64,000 bases of DNA from Chrysomallon squamiferum (taxonomy: Eukaryota; Animalia; Mollusca). The stretch is from contig CM022671.1 in NCBI GenBank assembly GCA_012295275.1, positions 25,048,001 through 25,112,000 of the forward strand. The letters are read 5' to 3'. Both the position numbers and the translations under genes were made by a program. The notes below the pieces were generated by a model that worked only from the letters and a program-made list of their open reading frames with translations, was not told the DNA's origin and did not search any database. Numbering within the stretch: the first letter of the stretch is position 1; every line of letters starts with the position of its first letter. Below are positions 40,618 through 54,806 of the stretch, in pieces.

Positions 40618-41498
40618 GGTATAGGTACATAGGAAAATATCATGCCAGAATGACAGACGAATTATTTAGCTGTGCAAAACATGGAAGAAAAGATGTAAAA
40701 AAAAAATGTACTTAAATTTAAACGTTGTTGTTGTTTTATTATACACTTTTACAAGAATAAAATTTTTAATATACTCATAAATATGCCTGGCTAAATTACA
40801 TTGTATTTTGTTTTCTGTAAATGTCGTATGTTTCTTTATTCGTATATTTTTATTTCAATACAAGTTTTGTTGCTTTTGCAAATATACTCTGAAAGAGAAG
40901 ACCTTCTTCTGGCTACTACAGTGTATGTTTGCTAAGCGAATTAAAAGCGTTAATAAATAATACTTTGTTTATAATAGTTTACTGTGTGCAAATTACAAGA
41001 AGAAGACGATCAATCTGTTTTTGTTTCTTTCTGAAATAAACGTTTTCAGTTTTGTAACGACTGTATGGAAACTTATTTCTTTGTTTTGTGCTTGAGTATA
41101 TTTATTTATTTATTTGTTTGTTTGTTTGTTTATTTGTTTGTTTGTTTGTTTGTTTGTTTATTTATTTATTTATTTATTTGTTTGTTTGTTTGTTTGTTTG
41201 TTTATTTATTTATTTGTTTGTTTGTTTATTTATTTATTTATTTACGCATTTATTAATAATAACATGCAGTTTCAAGAATTTGTTGGACTAAATATTTGTA
41301 TTGATACTTGCACACGTTAATTAAGAATTTTTTTAAATTTTATGTCTAAAAATACTGAATTATTTTAATGTGGATCGAAAAAGAAAAAAAGAATAATAAA
41401 AGACTTGTTAACTTAAAAGAAATATGTTTTAAAATGAAAATCTGTTATGGTTGTAAAGACGGTTTATCAACAGAAAAAGCAATTGAAGGCGCTTCAGT

Positions 41499-41704
41499 AT
41501 CTGTTGTTAATAAACAAATAATTATACACAGTAATTAATAATTATTATAATAAAAAAATAAAAAGCAATATAAAAAATCATCGAAGAGCAACATTTTGTA
41601 ATAAATAAATAAATGAATAAATAATGTTCAACTGCGCATAATGCATTTAAAGACTGATCCACTTATTGCTATGATTATTATTATTATTATTATTATTATT
41701 GTTA

Positions 41705-41738
<34 letters not shown>

Positions 41739-42430
41739 TATTATTATTATTATTATTATTATTGTTGTTGCTGTTGTTGTTGTTGTTGCTATTATTATTA
41801 TTATTAGTTTATTTCAGTGAGTATTCTGGAATAGCTGTACATGCATACATTCTCGCTTTTTGAATCCTGCTTAATCTTGAAATTGATGATAGCGTAACGT
41901 CAATATCGTCATCATTTACAATTTTATAATTATGTATAATTTAAATGTCACAATAATATTTCTAAATGATATTTAATTCACCATTTTGCCTTCCCATCTT
42001 GCCATCTGTTGTTAATAAACAAATAATTATACACAGTAATTAATAATTATTAAAATAAAAAAATAAAAAGCAATACAAAAATATCATCGAAGAGCAACAT
42101 TTTGTAATAAATAAATAATGTTTAACTGCGCATAATGCATTTAAAGACTGATCCACTTATTGCTATGATTATTATTATTATCATTATTATTATTATTATT
42201 ATTGTTATTGTTGTTGTTGTTGCTATGATTATTATTATTAGTTTATTTCAGTGAGTATTCTGGAATAGCTGTACATGTATACATTCTCGCTTTTTGAATC
42301 CTGCTTAATCTTGAAATTGATGATAGCGTAACGTCAATATCGTCATCATTTACAATTTTATAATTATATATAATTTAAATGTCACAATAATATTTCTAAA
42401 TGATATTTATTTCACCATCTTGCCTTCCCA
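41499..42430. repeat. Tandem duplication of a ~430-500-bp block (41499-41997 and 42004-42430)
   Basis: Both start atctgttgttaataaacaaataattatacacag and end cacc...tgccttccca; they differ mainly in (ATT)n length. Confidence 0.9.
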
Positions 42431-43065
42431 AAGAAAAGAATATTTAAAAACGTATTTTTATCAATCTTGTGTTTTTAGTTTCAACATATTTTTTTCTAAA
42501 TCATAAATAAATAAATTAAGCGGTCTTTTTCTTTCACTTTCTAATTCTTTCTACATTTCTATCTCGCTCTCTCTAGCTCTCTCTCTCACACACACACAAA
42601 CAAACACAAAAACACACAAATACCCTTAGAACAAAAATGGAAGACTGTAGAAGGAAAATCAAATAACTAACCCGTTAAAATAAACTTAAAGAGACGTTAT
42701 TTGAATTCAGAGAATTCAGAAATATTTCGGACACACTGAAAACGGCCTGGTGATATGCCACTAAGAATTATTATTTTTATCACTGACCAATAAACAATTA
42801 AACTTATTATTAATGGATAAAAAAAATATATGTCAGCAAAAGAAATGAAGAAAAACAAAACTTTATTTTTATATGCAGGCATTAGTCTACACACACACTC
42901 CTCAGTATTTTAGTTTAAGTCATCTAATGTATGTGTGTGTTTGTTTGCATGTTACTGTTTACGCATTATATGTGTTAATGTTTTCAGTATGTATATATAT
43001 ATATACTGAAAACGTTAACACATATGTAAGTATGTATGTTTAGATGTATGCATGTATGTATGGTG

Positions 43066-43096
<31 letters not shown>

Positions 43097-44042
43097 TTAT
43101 GTATGTATGTGTTAATTGGGGTCCTACTGTATATGGTTTAAATTGACACGAAGATACTAAGTAAATATTTCTTTACTTCTTAAAACACATACGTATAATT
43201 TATATAGATGTAGTACAGTCGTTTTTACTATAAATAATAGCAAAGTTCTTGTTTCTTTTTATTTTATTTCATTTATTTTTTAATGTTTTTATTGTTGTTG
43301 TTTTTGTTTTGTTTTATTTGAAAATATTTTTCTATCTTCGTCTTACAACAGAAAGACCATGGTTTGAAAATATGAAACGTAATAATGTGCAATAGTGTTT
43401 TCTAACTATAATCTGCTAAACCTTTAAAATGTGCTATAATTCACTCTGTGATATCAAACGAAAATGTTTTCTTCGACTTTTTTTTATCTATTTACAAACT
43501 AAAATCAATTAATTATCTTCTGTTTCTCCATCAGAATGAAAAATGTCCAGATTGCATGTTAAATATGAATTTTCTTATTCCGGCTAGAAACAGAAGCCAA
43601 AATTTACAAACTACTCTGCTAGTTCATTATCTTAATTTATGCTAACTAACTGGAGGACTGCTATTTCTTAAGAAATTCAAACTAAGTACGATAAAGTAAT
43701 TATATATTGCCCGCTAAAGTAGATTTGTTAATATTCATTATCCGAGTGACAGAACACAAAACAACAAGTATTCTTCATTGCTGCAAGTAAACTAATAGAA
43801 AAGTTTATGTGGTTTTTTGAAGAACTATAGTAGAAAAAACAAAACAATACTAGACTCGACAGAAAGCAGTAATCGTTTTCTCAGTTGTCTAAAAGAGGAA
43901 TTTATTAATAATTATTCAGACTGGAAAAAGTCGGCGAAGTTTGAGTTCTATGATTTGATTATTTTGAACTGAGGAACAAATTTAAATAGTTCACAGAGTG
44001 AATTTCATCATTAATTCTACAAAAACGACTTGAAAATAAATA

Positions 44043-45056
44043 ATGAACAACAGCATCGCAAACACATCGTTCCACTCATCCAAGAATGTTGTAGGTGTGA
44101 TTATTGCCTGGGGATTCTCAAACAACATATTCATACTGATGACGCTAGTGAAGTCCGCCATGTTTAAAGACGTCATCGGCCAGTTTATGATCAGCGAAGT
44201 CCTGGCTGACATGGCACTGCACATAACTACAGCCTTCATTATACTTGCCGGCTTCTACACCAAAAATCTGATCTTCGCCATGGCTTTGGGAGCTTCCTTG
44301 GCATCGGTCAAATGTCTTTCTCTTATGGAGTTGAGCATTGTTCTGTGCATTGCCATCACTAACCCATTCAAGTACATGATACTCATTTCGGTAAGAAAGG
44401 TGAGAGTAATACTGGCATTAACCTGGCTGTGGATTCCGTTCGCACTGTGCTACATAGTCCTGGAAGGAACCTACTACGAGATGAACCCAACGTCCAAAAG
44501 AGTGGATCCAAACTTCACCTCACAGAACTGGTGGGTTGGAGCACTTAACTTGTCAGTTCTGGCTGGCGTTCCTCTCATTGTGATCACTGTGTGTGTAATT
44601 AAGATCGTAAGACACCAGAAAACTGCAGTCTTGACCAACTGTTACAACAAGAGCGCTACGGAAAGTAAAATTCGTTTGGCAAAATTAAACACCATCATTT
44701 TCATTTTCCACGTCTTGTCGCAGGTTCCATATTCCATCGCCTTCACCCTGCACACTGTGCATCCCATTGCAGTGGCAGGGGTGACCTTTCTGTTCTTCAT
44801 GTATCCGTCGATAAAACTTTTCATTTATTTAGTCATGATGCGAAATTTCAGACGAACCGCCGTACAAATGTGTAGATGTTGCTGCAGAAACAAGAAAAGT
44901 CGCGTAAAGGTCGACGGTGCAGCCAAAACGTCGAAATCAAAAGAATCAGCTGGGAGACACGACAGCGAGTTTCAGAGTGTCAGTACGATAGCTACAGAAT
45001 GCACCACAAATTCCTGTACAGTGGAAGAAGAAACACGTCCAGTGACCCGGATGTGA
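44043..45056 (+). CDS. Intronless atypical class A-like GPCR, 337 aa (G6)
   Basis: FSNNIFIL, SEVLAD, SVKCLS..VLCIAITNPFKY, SQVP, IKLFIY..RNFRR, CRCCC tail, Ser/Thr-rich C-terminus. Confidence 0.92.
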   Translation: MNNSIANTSFHSSKNVVGVIIAWGFSNNIFILMTLVKSAMFKDVIGQFMISEVLADMALHITTAFIILAGFYTKNLIFAMALGASLASVKCLSLMELSIVLCIAITNPFKYMILISVRKVRVILALTWLWIPFALCYIVLEGTYYEMNPTSKRVDPNFTSQNWWVGALNLSVLAGVPLIVITVCVIKIVRHQKTAVLTNCYNKSATESKIRLAKLNTIIFIFHVLSQVPYSIAFTLHTVHPIAVAGVTFLFFMYPSIKLFIYLVMMRNFRRTAVQMCRCCCRNKKSRVKVDGAAKTSKSKESAGRHDSEFQSVSTIATECTTNSCTVEEETRPVTRM

Positions 45057-45311
45057 ATATTTGTGTTTGTCGTTGGAATAGAATATATTAACATTATTAT
45101 TGTTATTGTTTTTGTTGTTGAAAGTAATTATGATGGTTGTTGTTATGTGTATACCTATAACTAAAAAGATCCTTTTCCCAGGCCCATTGTACTTTTAAAC
45201 TGTAGTTTATTTACAGTTTTATTTAGTTATGTATTTGTCACTTACTTTTTATATTACCGTCCTTAATAGTGTTTAAACTTTTGTGTTATGGATGATTTTT
45301 ATTTTATTTTT

Positions 45312-45357
<46 letters not shown>

Positions 45358-47016
45358 GACGTTGTAGTTGTTGTTGTTGTTGTTGTTTTTGTTCGCATTA
45401 AATGAATAACATACAAATATTTAAACGTTTTGATACAGGTTATTAACTATGATTCCATTAATCATATTGTCGACCAAAGCTTATCATGCACATTGTAATA
45501 AATAAGTGTTTTAATTTCAAATAAAAACTGTATTGAGGCACATTATTTATGTCGTCAACACATGAAACAAAATCATCCTCAGAAACCAGAATACCCTCCT
45601 TAACAAGAATGTTTCCCCATGATGAGTCCCAGATGTATTTTAGGATTTGAATAATCTCTGTCTTATGTATGTCTGATTAGACTCTGCACAGAGACAATCT
45701 TCGGAAACGCACTGACAAAGGAGATCATGTATATTTGTATGTAGATGTCAATCAGTCTTCTATCTATCCATATATATATATATATATATGAAATACGAAA
45801 TTAGGTAATACTCTTTTAAATATACAAATATATATATATATACAAAGTTTATTACCTAATTTCGTATTTCTCAGTGTTTGATGAAGAGAGACAGAGGACG
45901 AGTCAGACAAACAGATATACACACAGACACAGAGACGATGTTCTCAGAATCCAAATACGATAAAACTAAATTTCTCAAAACATAACAGACAGTTAAGATA
46001 TCGAAACAAAGCCAGTGTTCTAACAACACAAAACAATACATCATGATTTTATATCTCTGAATTCTCATTCACGGACATCAGCTTGCTGTGCCAGTCATAC
46101 GTGTGCTTATGTCAATGGAAAAACAAAAACGATTCGAAATACGATCTTTTCACCATAAAAAGTGAAGATTAAATAATCCACATACAACCAAGTAATAGCC
46201 TTTCAGAATAAATCTGATTTTTTATATGTTTTCTTTTATCGTAATAAAGATAGTTTTTCATAATAAAATAGTTTTAGTAGATTGTGTACAAATATGAATA
46301 CTGTTGTGAGACCGTGTATTTAGTAATTGTGCATAAGTATAAATAGTCTCTTGGTTACTTTCTAAATGAGGCTGTGTTCTTGTTAATGGAGCCACTTTAA
46401 CGCTGTAATATTGGCGTACACTTTATTTATTTTTATAATATAGATTTGTACTATAATTTTCTTTTCGAGAAATAACCAGATATCACATATTATGCATATA
46501 GAAAGTATATTACAGAATTCAATAGAATTCCGTAAAAGATTAAAAGAAATCAGTAAATCCGGTCCTTCAAGTCTGCTGTCGTCAGTATTTGCTCTTTATT
46601 TACAAATTCATAATCAAATAGTTCACTTTAATCTATATCTTTTGCTAATAACGTAACGGCAAGAAGAAAGATGAAAAACTCGGAAGATTACAAGAACTAA
46701 ATCACTGTCTAAATGTACGTTTTTGTTTAATAAAATATAAAGTAAAGATGAAGAAGTGTCTATATTTAGTTATACTATATCGATCATTTCTAATTGATAT
46801 AGAGCAACCGTTCAATTAAAATTGGTTTTCCAAGAAAGAAACCATATTCCCTTCCAGTATATAGCACGAAATTAAAAATAATGACATTAAAAAATTGTAA
46901 GAATAATCCATCTTTGAAGTATCTGAACCAATGGATAGAAGATAAATATCTTTTTTTTTTAATTAATTAATAAGAAAATGTTTCACCAAGGATACAACAA
47001 CAGGACTTAGACTGTA

Positions 47017-47088
47017 CTGTCAATCAAATATGTATAAAATGTTGAGACCAATGGAAAGTCAGAAAAAGATCGGAAAATAGATATAACA
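47017..47088 (+). promoter_or_regulatory. Promoter module: CTGTCAATCA (47017), CCAAT (47048), weak TATA-like element
   Basis: Same motif pair as clade A although the flanks do not otherwise align by eye; second CCAAT at ~46928. Confidence 0.6.
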
Positions 47089-47367
47089 GTTAAAAAGACT
47101 TCTGCGAGATACACTGTTAGTTCTTAACATCATTTATCTATGTATTCAAGATACGAAACTAAACATTTCACCTCAGGACACACAAACAGATTGTTCAAAC
47201 ATTAGAAAACAGCGGACTTTTCTTTTTTGAAGGCAAACAACTGAAGTTACATATTTCCTTCCGATACGAAAACTGAAGGCACCATACTGTACTCCAAAAG
47301 ATGAAACAAAACACCTGGAGTTACACATCTTCCTGTGATACGTAAAAATATCAAATTTACTTAAAAG

Positions 47368-48288
47368 ATGGAACGCGCCAACATGGCTGACAATGTAACG
47401 GAAGTATCGTATAGTGCTTCAAAAAGTGTTATAAGTGTTGTTATAGGCTGGGGATTCTCAAATGATATTTTCGTACTCTTCATTCTTATTAAGTCGTCGA
47501 TCTACAGGGATGTGAAGGGACAGTTCATGCTCAACGAAGTGATCGCAGACATGTCTTTACACATAACAACCGCATTCATCATAGTCGCAGGAGCCTTTAC
47601 GCAAAATGTAACAGTTGCTTTGGCTCTTGGGACTGCCTTCGCAGACATCAAATGTTTTTCTTTAATGGGCTTAAGCATTGTTCTCAGCATTGCTATTTGT
47701 AATCCTTTCAGATACATGGTGTACATTTCTCTCAAAAAGGTAAGGATATATTTGGCAATAACCTGGCTTTTCGTTCCAGCAGTTCTGTGTTACGTTCTCC
47801 TAGAAGGGACGTATTATAAGGTTAATGAACATTCCAAAAGAATGGAACCAAACAACACGTCCCAGAACTGGTGGGTTGGAGCTCTCAATTTATCAGGAGT
47901 GGTTTTTGTACCATTCATTGTCATCGTCGTTTGTGTCGTTAAAATAGTACAACGTCATAAAAGAGAATTGGGGAACAAGTCTTATTTCCGGAGCGCGGCA
48001 GAAAATAAAATTCGTTTGGCCAAGCTGAACACAATAGTGTTCGTTTTCCATGTCTTGTCTCAACTGCCTTTTCACATCGCCGTCTCGCTGCACACTGATA
48101 ACCACGTCATAATGGGCGTTGTGAGTTTTCTCTTCTTTTCCTATCCATCCATGAAACTGTTCATCTATCTTCTCATGATGCGAAACTTCCGGCGCACAGC
48201 CCTCAAGATGTGTGTTTGTAGGAAGAAAACAAACAACAACGCGCCCAAAGCTACTTATCAGACGAAATACGAGTCTTCAGTACATTAA
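47368..48288 (+). CDS. Intronless atypical class A-like GPCR, 306 aa (G7)
   Basis: NEVIAD, DIKCFS..VLSIAICNPFRY, SQLP, MKLFIY..RNFRR; start may be the second Met (MADNVT). Confidence 0.92.
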   Translation: MERANMADNVTEVSYSASKSVISVVIGWGFSNDIFVLFILIKSSIYRDVKGQFMLNEVIADMSLHITTAFIIVAGAFTQNVTVALALGTAFADIKCFSLMGLSIVLSIAICNPFRYMVYISLKKVRIYLAITWLFVPAVLCYVLLEGTYYKVNEHSKRMEPNNTSQNWWVGALNLSGVVFVPFIVIVVCVVKIVQRHKRELGNKSYFRSAAENKIRLAKLNTIVFVFHVLSQLPFHIAVSLHTDNHVIMGVVSFLFFSYPSMKLFIYLLMMRNFRRTALKMCVCRKKTNNNAPKATYQTKYESSVH

Positions 48289-51200
48289 ATTATAGATGAC
48301 ATGAACAAAATATTACACTTAACAGGAGTTTCCAGTCGTTGGAAAGGATTCAAAACAGTTATTGCTGAAAATTAGAAGTACCATTTTGATTTATCTGATA
48401 AAAAATATATATATTTTTAAAAATGTAAAAAAGAAAGATAGAAAAGGAATTACTTCTGGTTTTAACATCACAGAAATAGTTTTGCTGACTCCACAGGTTG
48501 TATCAATTTTCCTAATGTATTGTTTCGTTATCAGATACACTTACAAAAAAAACAAAAAAAACATTGACCGTTATATCGGATGCGACAAATGGAAAAAATA
48601 CAATAAATTCTCGTTGATGCAAAGAATGAATTTATCAATAACTCTTAATACAAACTGAAAATTATTGTTCGAAAAGAATCTTTAAATAACGAGTGCACGT
48701 TCTTTTCGAAAACCTGCGACAGAATGTGTTTTGCATTTTGGAATGTATAATGACACAGATACCCTGTAGATCTTTCTTAAAATATTTTTAATTATTTTGT
48801 GCATAAAATAAAGAGTTAGTTTACGCTAAACCTCGGAAAACAATCAGATACCACCATTTCGTCTGCTCGAAAAGAAGTTTCGGAGGTTTTAGAATTTTGA
48901 AATTTGTCAGTGTGATCTAATATTTCATTCAGCAACGTAAAATATACAGATTTAGCTGTGGAAATAAGTTCATGGATGAATGAACAGGGACCGCATTTGA
49001 AACGTCAGATAAACTGACCAAAAGCAAACGGATTGATTCTTAAGAGTAATAGATTAAAATTATCTACGATTAGTAAAATTCCAGAAATATACCTGTTTTA
49101 GGTCAAAAGAATGAAATGTTTTATTACTTACAGGAAACGGATCATTTCATATTGCATTAAATTTACTTATATATATATTATACTCCAAAGTTTAAAAAAA
49201 AAAAATAAATAAATAAATAAATAAATAAAAAAAAAAAGTTTGTCTAGTTATAATAATAATAAAGACGATAACGATTAAAATAGCAAAAACAATAATAAGA
49301 ATTAATGATTGTTGATTTCATTGGCATTGCTGTTATTGTTACTACTACTATAACATTATTATTATTGTTATTATTATTATTATTACTATTATTATTACTT
49401 CCCGTTTTTAATGTTGTTATTATTACATTATTATTACTACTACTATTAAGAATGTATTATTGTTGTTGTTGTTATCTGAAACTGGACCAAAGCTATCAAG
49501 CTAAATATCAAACCGCTGTGTACAGCTGAGACCAACAGTGTGTTGACTCGAATCTGTACTATTGGTTATATGTCAGTGAACACTGCAATTAGCTAAATTT
49601 GTTTTAAGAACTGTGATTACCAGGATATCGCGTAGAATTATCGAATACGTTCATTAACCGACAATATTTTCGTGGATATATTGTGTTTTTACGGCTAATT
49701 TTGGAAATAAAATTTATGTAAATTTTTTTTAATATCACCGTGTACAAATAGAGTGAATAAGAAAAAATATATTTATTAGGAAATCGATCTTTTGAAATAA
49801 AAATTATATTAAACGACATTTACTTACTAGTTTAAATAAAGACGAAACAAAATGTTTGTTTGAATACGTGATTATAGACTTTGACTGATCTAGTAATTTA
49901 TGCTGCTTTGTTTAGGAAATAGATATATATATATATTTTTTTAACTGATATGAATTTAAATAAGCATTTATCGTGTGACTAAACTAAATGGCTGTTTTTT
50001 AAATACGCACCAATATGTCTTAATGTTAGCGATTAACAAGTGGAAGGTGATTGATAGGTTGCATAATAACGATGTTTCCAAACAAGAAATGAACTTTAAC
50101 CGGTCGATTTTTTATTCATTAGATAGAAGTGATATTTTTGCATGCACCTTCTATAGCAGAAATAGAAGAGTACTTTTCACGATGAAGGCCAGACAAGTAA
50201 TGGAGCAATAGTTGAGGAGCACTGATCCTGTCACATCTCAAGCTTGCATTAACGACTGAGTTACAGTCCGCTGCTTGGGTGATAAGTCGTTGTTACAAAC
50301 GTTAATAATATAATAATTAACTGAACTGATATATGCATTGTTTTTCATACAGCTTATTTATGTTATTGTTTTCGTTCCGTTTGTTTGTTTGCTTTGTTGT
50401 TGTTTTTTTTTTTTTTTTTTTTCTGTTACTTCTTTGGGTTTTTTCTGTTTTTTCTTTGTTTTGTTGTTTTCGTTTTGTTGTTGCTGTATTTGTTTTGGGG
50501 TTTTTGTTTCTGTTTGTTTTTTGTTTTGTTTTGTTTTAGTTTTTTGTTTGTTTGTATAATTGTGTGCATGTATGTGTGTGTGTGTGTGTGTATATGTATA
50601 TATATTAAATAACCCACATAGAACCAAGTAATAGCCTTTCAGAATAAATCTTATTTTTTATTTGTTTTCGTTTATCGTAATAAAGATAGTTTTTCATAAT
50701 AAAATAGTTTTAGTAGATTGTGTACAAATATCAATACTGTTTGTGAGACCGTGTATTTAGTAATTGTGCATAAGTATAAATAGTCTCTTGGTTACTTTCT
50801 AAATGAGGCTGTGTTCTTGTTAATGGAGCCACTTTAACGCTGTAATATTGGCGTACTCTTTGTTTATTTTTATAAAATAGATTTGTACTATAATTTTCTT
50901 TAGAGAAATAACCAGATATCACATATTATGCATATAAAAAGTACATCACAGAATTCAACAAAAATCCGTAAACGATTAACAGAAATAATCAGTAAATCCG
51001 GTCCTTCCAGTCTGCTGCTCTTTTAGAAATTCATAATCAAATAGTTCACTTTAATCTATATATTTAGCTAAAGAAGAAAGAAGAAAAACTCAGAAGATTA
51101 CAAGAACTAAATCACTGTCTAAATGTACGTTTTTGAATTAATAAAATATAAAGTAAAGATGAAGAAGTGTCTATACTTAGTTATACATACATACATACAT

Positions 51201-51651
51201 ACATACATACATTTGTACATACATACAAACTTACACGCAAACTTAAAATACAAATTCACTTAGGCAAAAATAATTTCTTTAAACATATACAAATTTACAC
51301 ACTTATTAATATAAGTTCTATAATTTAACGAAATAAAGAAGGAAAACAATCGTCTCATACACTCTAATTTAATAAAACTGATTAGATTTTAATCAATGTC
51401 TTTACACGTATTACTATTCTGATGATTTCTAATTGATGTAGAGCAACTGTGATTTAAAATTAGTTTTCCAAGAAAGAAACCATATTCCCTTCCAGTATAT
51501 AGCACGAAATTAAAAATATTAATATAAAAAATTGTAAGAATAATCCATCTTTGAAGTATCTGAACCAATGGATAGAAGATAAATATATATTTTTTAATTA
51601 ATTAATAAAAAAATGTTTCACCTAGGATATAACAACAGGACTTAGACTGTG

Positions 51652-51725
51652 CTGTCAATCAAATATGTATAAAATGTTGAGACCAATGGAAAGTCAGAAA
51701 AAGATCGGAAAATAGATATAACAGT
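51652..51725 (+). promoter_or_regulatory. Promoter module: CTGTCAATCA (51652), CCAAT (51683)
   Basis: Duplicate of the 47017 module. Confidence 0.6.
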
Positions 51726-52000
51726 TAAAAAGACTTCTGCGAGGTACACTGTTGGTTCTTAACATCATTTATCTATGTACACAAGATACGAAACTAAACA
51801 TTTCACCTCAGGACACACAAACAGATTGTTCAAACATTAGAAAACAGCGGACTTTTCTTTTTACGGCAAACAACTAAAGTTACATATTTCCTTCTGATAC
51901 GAAAACTGAATGCACCATACTGTACTCCAAAAGGTGAAACAAAACACCTGGAGTTACACATGTTCCTGTGATACGTAAAAATATCAAATTTACTTAAAAG

Positions 52001-52927
52001 ATGGAACGCGCCAATATGGCTGACAATGTAACGGAAGTATCGTATAGTGCTTCAAAATTTTTTATGAGTGTTGTGATAGGCTGGGGATTCTCAAATGATA
52101 TTTTCGTACTCTTCATTCTTATTAAGTCGTCGATCTACAGGGATGTGAAGGGACAGTTCATGCTCAACGAAGTGATCGCAGACATGTCTTTACACATAAC
52201 AACCGCATTCATCACAGTCGCCGAAACCTTTAAGCAAAATGTAATGGTTGCTTTGCCTCTTGGGACTGCCTTCGCAGACATAAAGTGTTTTTCTTTAATG
52301 GGCTTAAGCATTGTTCTCAGCATTGCTATTTGTAATCCTTTCAGATACATGGTGTACATTTCTGTCAAAAAGGTAAGGATATATTTGGCAATAACCTGGC
52401 TTTTCGTACCCGCAGTTCTGAGTTACGTTCTCCTAGAAGGGACGTATTATAAGGTTAATGAAAATTCCAAAAGAATGGAACCAAACAACACGTCCCAGAA
52501 CTGGTGGGTTGGAGCTCTCAATTTATCAGGAGTGGTTTTTATACCATTCATTGTCATCGTCGTTTGTGTTGTTAAAATAGTACAACGTCATAAAAGAGAA
52601 TTGGGGAACAAGTCTTATTTACGGAGCGCGGCAGAAAATAAAATTCGTTTGGCCAAGCTGAACACAATAGTGTTCGTTTTCCATGTCTTGTCTCAACTGC
52701 CTTTTCACATCGCCTTCTCGCTGCACACTGAAAACCACGTCATAATGGGCGTGGTGAGTTTTCTCTTCTTTTCCTACCCATCCATGAAACTGTTCATCTA
52801 TCTTCTCATGATGCGAAACTTCCGGCGCACCGCACTGAAGATGTGTCTTTGTGTTTGTAGGAAGAAAACAAACAACAACGCGCCCAGAGCTACTTACCAG
52901 TCGAAATACGACTCTTCAGTGCATTAA
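52001..52927 (+). CDS. Intronless atypical class A-like GPCR, 308 aa (G8)
   Basis: Close paralog of 47368..48288. Confidence 0.92.
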   Translation: MERANMADNVTEVSYSASKFFMSVVIGWGFSNDIFVLFILIKSSIYRDVKGQFMLNEVIADMSLHITTAFITVAETFKQNVMVALPLGTAFADIKCFSLMGLSIVLSIAICNPFRYMVYISVKKVRIYLAITWLFVPAVLSYVLLEGTYYKVNENSKRMEPNNTSQNWWVGALNLSGVVFIPFIVIVVCVVKIVQRHKRELGNKSYLRSAAENKIRLAKLNTIVFVFHVLSQLPFHIAFSLHTENHVIMGVVSFLFFSYPSMKLFIYLLMMRNFRRTALKMCLCVCRKKTNNNAPRATYQSKYDSSVH

Positions 52928-53766
52928 AGCATAAATGATACTAAAAATGTTATTACATTTAACAGGAGTTTCCAGTCGTTGGAAAGGATTCAAAACAGTT
53001 ATTGCTGAAAATTAGAAGTACCATTTTGATTTATCTAAAAAATGTAAAAAAAAGAACGATAGAAAAGGAATTACTTCTGGTTTTAACATCACACAAATAG
53101 TTTTGCTGACTCCACAGGTTGTTTTCGTTTATAAATTAAGCCTTTCAGTATCAATTTTCCTAATATATTAATTCGTTATCAGATACACTTACAAAAAAAA
53201 AAAAAAAATTGATCGTTATATCGTATGCGACAAATGGAAAACAATTTAATAAATTCTCGTAGATGCAATAACTCTCAATAACTCATAATACAAACTGAAA
53301 ATTATTGTTCGAAAAGAATCTTTAAATAACGAATGTACGTTCTTTTCGAAAACCTGCGACAGAATGTGTTTTGCATTTTGGAATGTATAATGACACAGAT
53401 ACCCTGTGGATCTTTCTTATAATATTTTTAATTATTTTGTGCATAAAATAAAGAGTTAGTTTACGCTAAACCTCGGAAAAGAATCAGATACCACCATTTC
53501 GTCTGCTCGAAAAGAAGTTTCGGAGGTTTTAGAATTTTGAAATTTGTCAGTGTGATCTAATATTTCATTCAGCAAAGTGAATATACAGATTTAGCTGTGG
53601 AAATAAATTCATGGATGAATGAACACGGACCGCATTTGAAACGTCAGATAAACTGACCAAAAGCAAACGGATTGATTCTTAAGAGTAATAGATTAAAATT
53701 ATCTACGATTAGTAAAATTCCAGAAATGGACCTGTTTTAGGTCAAAAGAATGAAATGTTTCATTAC

Positions 53767-53810
<44 letters not shown>

Positions 53811-54806
53811 TCCCGTCTTTAATGTTCTTATTATTACATTATTATTACTACTACTATTAAGAATGTATTATTATTGTTATCTGAAACTGGACCAAAGCTA
53901 TCAAGCTAGTTATGAAACCGCTCTGTACAGCTGAGAACAGCAGTGTGTTGACTCGAATCTGTACTATTGGTTATATGTCAGTGAACACTGCTATTAGCTA
54001 AATTAAAGTAAAGTAAGAAAAAATATATTTATTAGGAAATCGATCTTTTGAAATAAAAATTATATTAAACGACATTTATTTACTAATTTAAATAAAGACG
54101 AAACAAAATTTTTAATTGAATACGTGATTACAGATTAGACTGATCTAGTAATTTATGCTGTTTTGTTTAGGAAATAGATAGATATATATATTTTAATTGA
54201 TATGACTTTAAATAAGTATTTATCGTGTGACTAAACTAAATGACTGTTTTTAAATACGCATCAATATGTCTTAATGTTAGCGATTAAGAAGTTGAAGGTG
54301 ATTGATAGGTTGTATAATAACGATGTTTCCAAACAAGAAATGAACTTTAACCGGTCGATTTTCTATTCATTAGATAGAAGTGATATTTTTGCATGCATCT
54401 TCTATAGCAGAAATAGAAGAGTACTTTTCACGATGAAGGCCAGACAAGTAATGGAGCAATAGTTGAGGAGCACTGATCCTGTCACATCTCAAGCTTGCAC
54501 TAACGACTGAGTTACAGTCAGCTGCTTGGGTGATAAGTCGTTGTTACAAACGTTAATAATGTGATAAATAACTAAACTGATATATGCACTGTTTTTCGTA
54601 CAGCTTATTTATGTTATTGTTTTGCTTTCGTTTGTTTGTTTGCTTTGTTGTTGTTGTTTTTTTTTTGTTTTTTTTCTGTTACTTCTTTGGGTTTTTTCTG
54701 TTTTTTCTTTGTTTTGTTGTTGCTGTATTTGTTTTGGGGTTTATGTTTCTGTTTGTTTTTTGTTTTTCATTAGTTTTCGGTTTGTTTGTATAATTGTGTG
54801 CATGTA

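Noticed and set aside
49975-54462. Duplicated ORFs 49975..50211 and 54274..54462
   Set aside because: Similarity comes from the recent duplication; the longer frame is broken in the second copy and no domain is recognisable.
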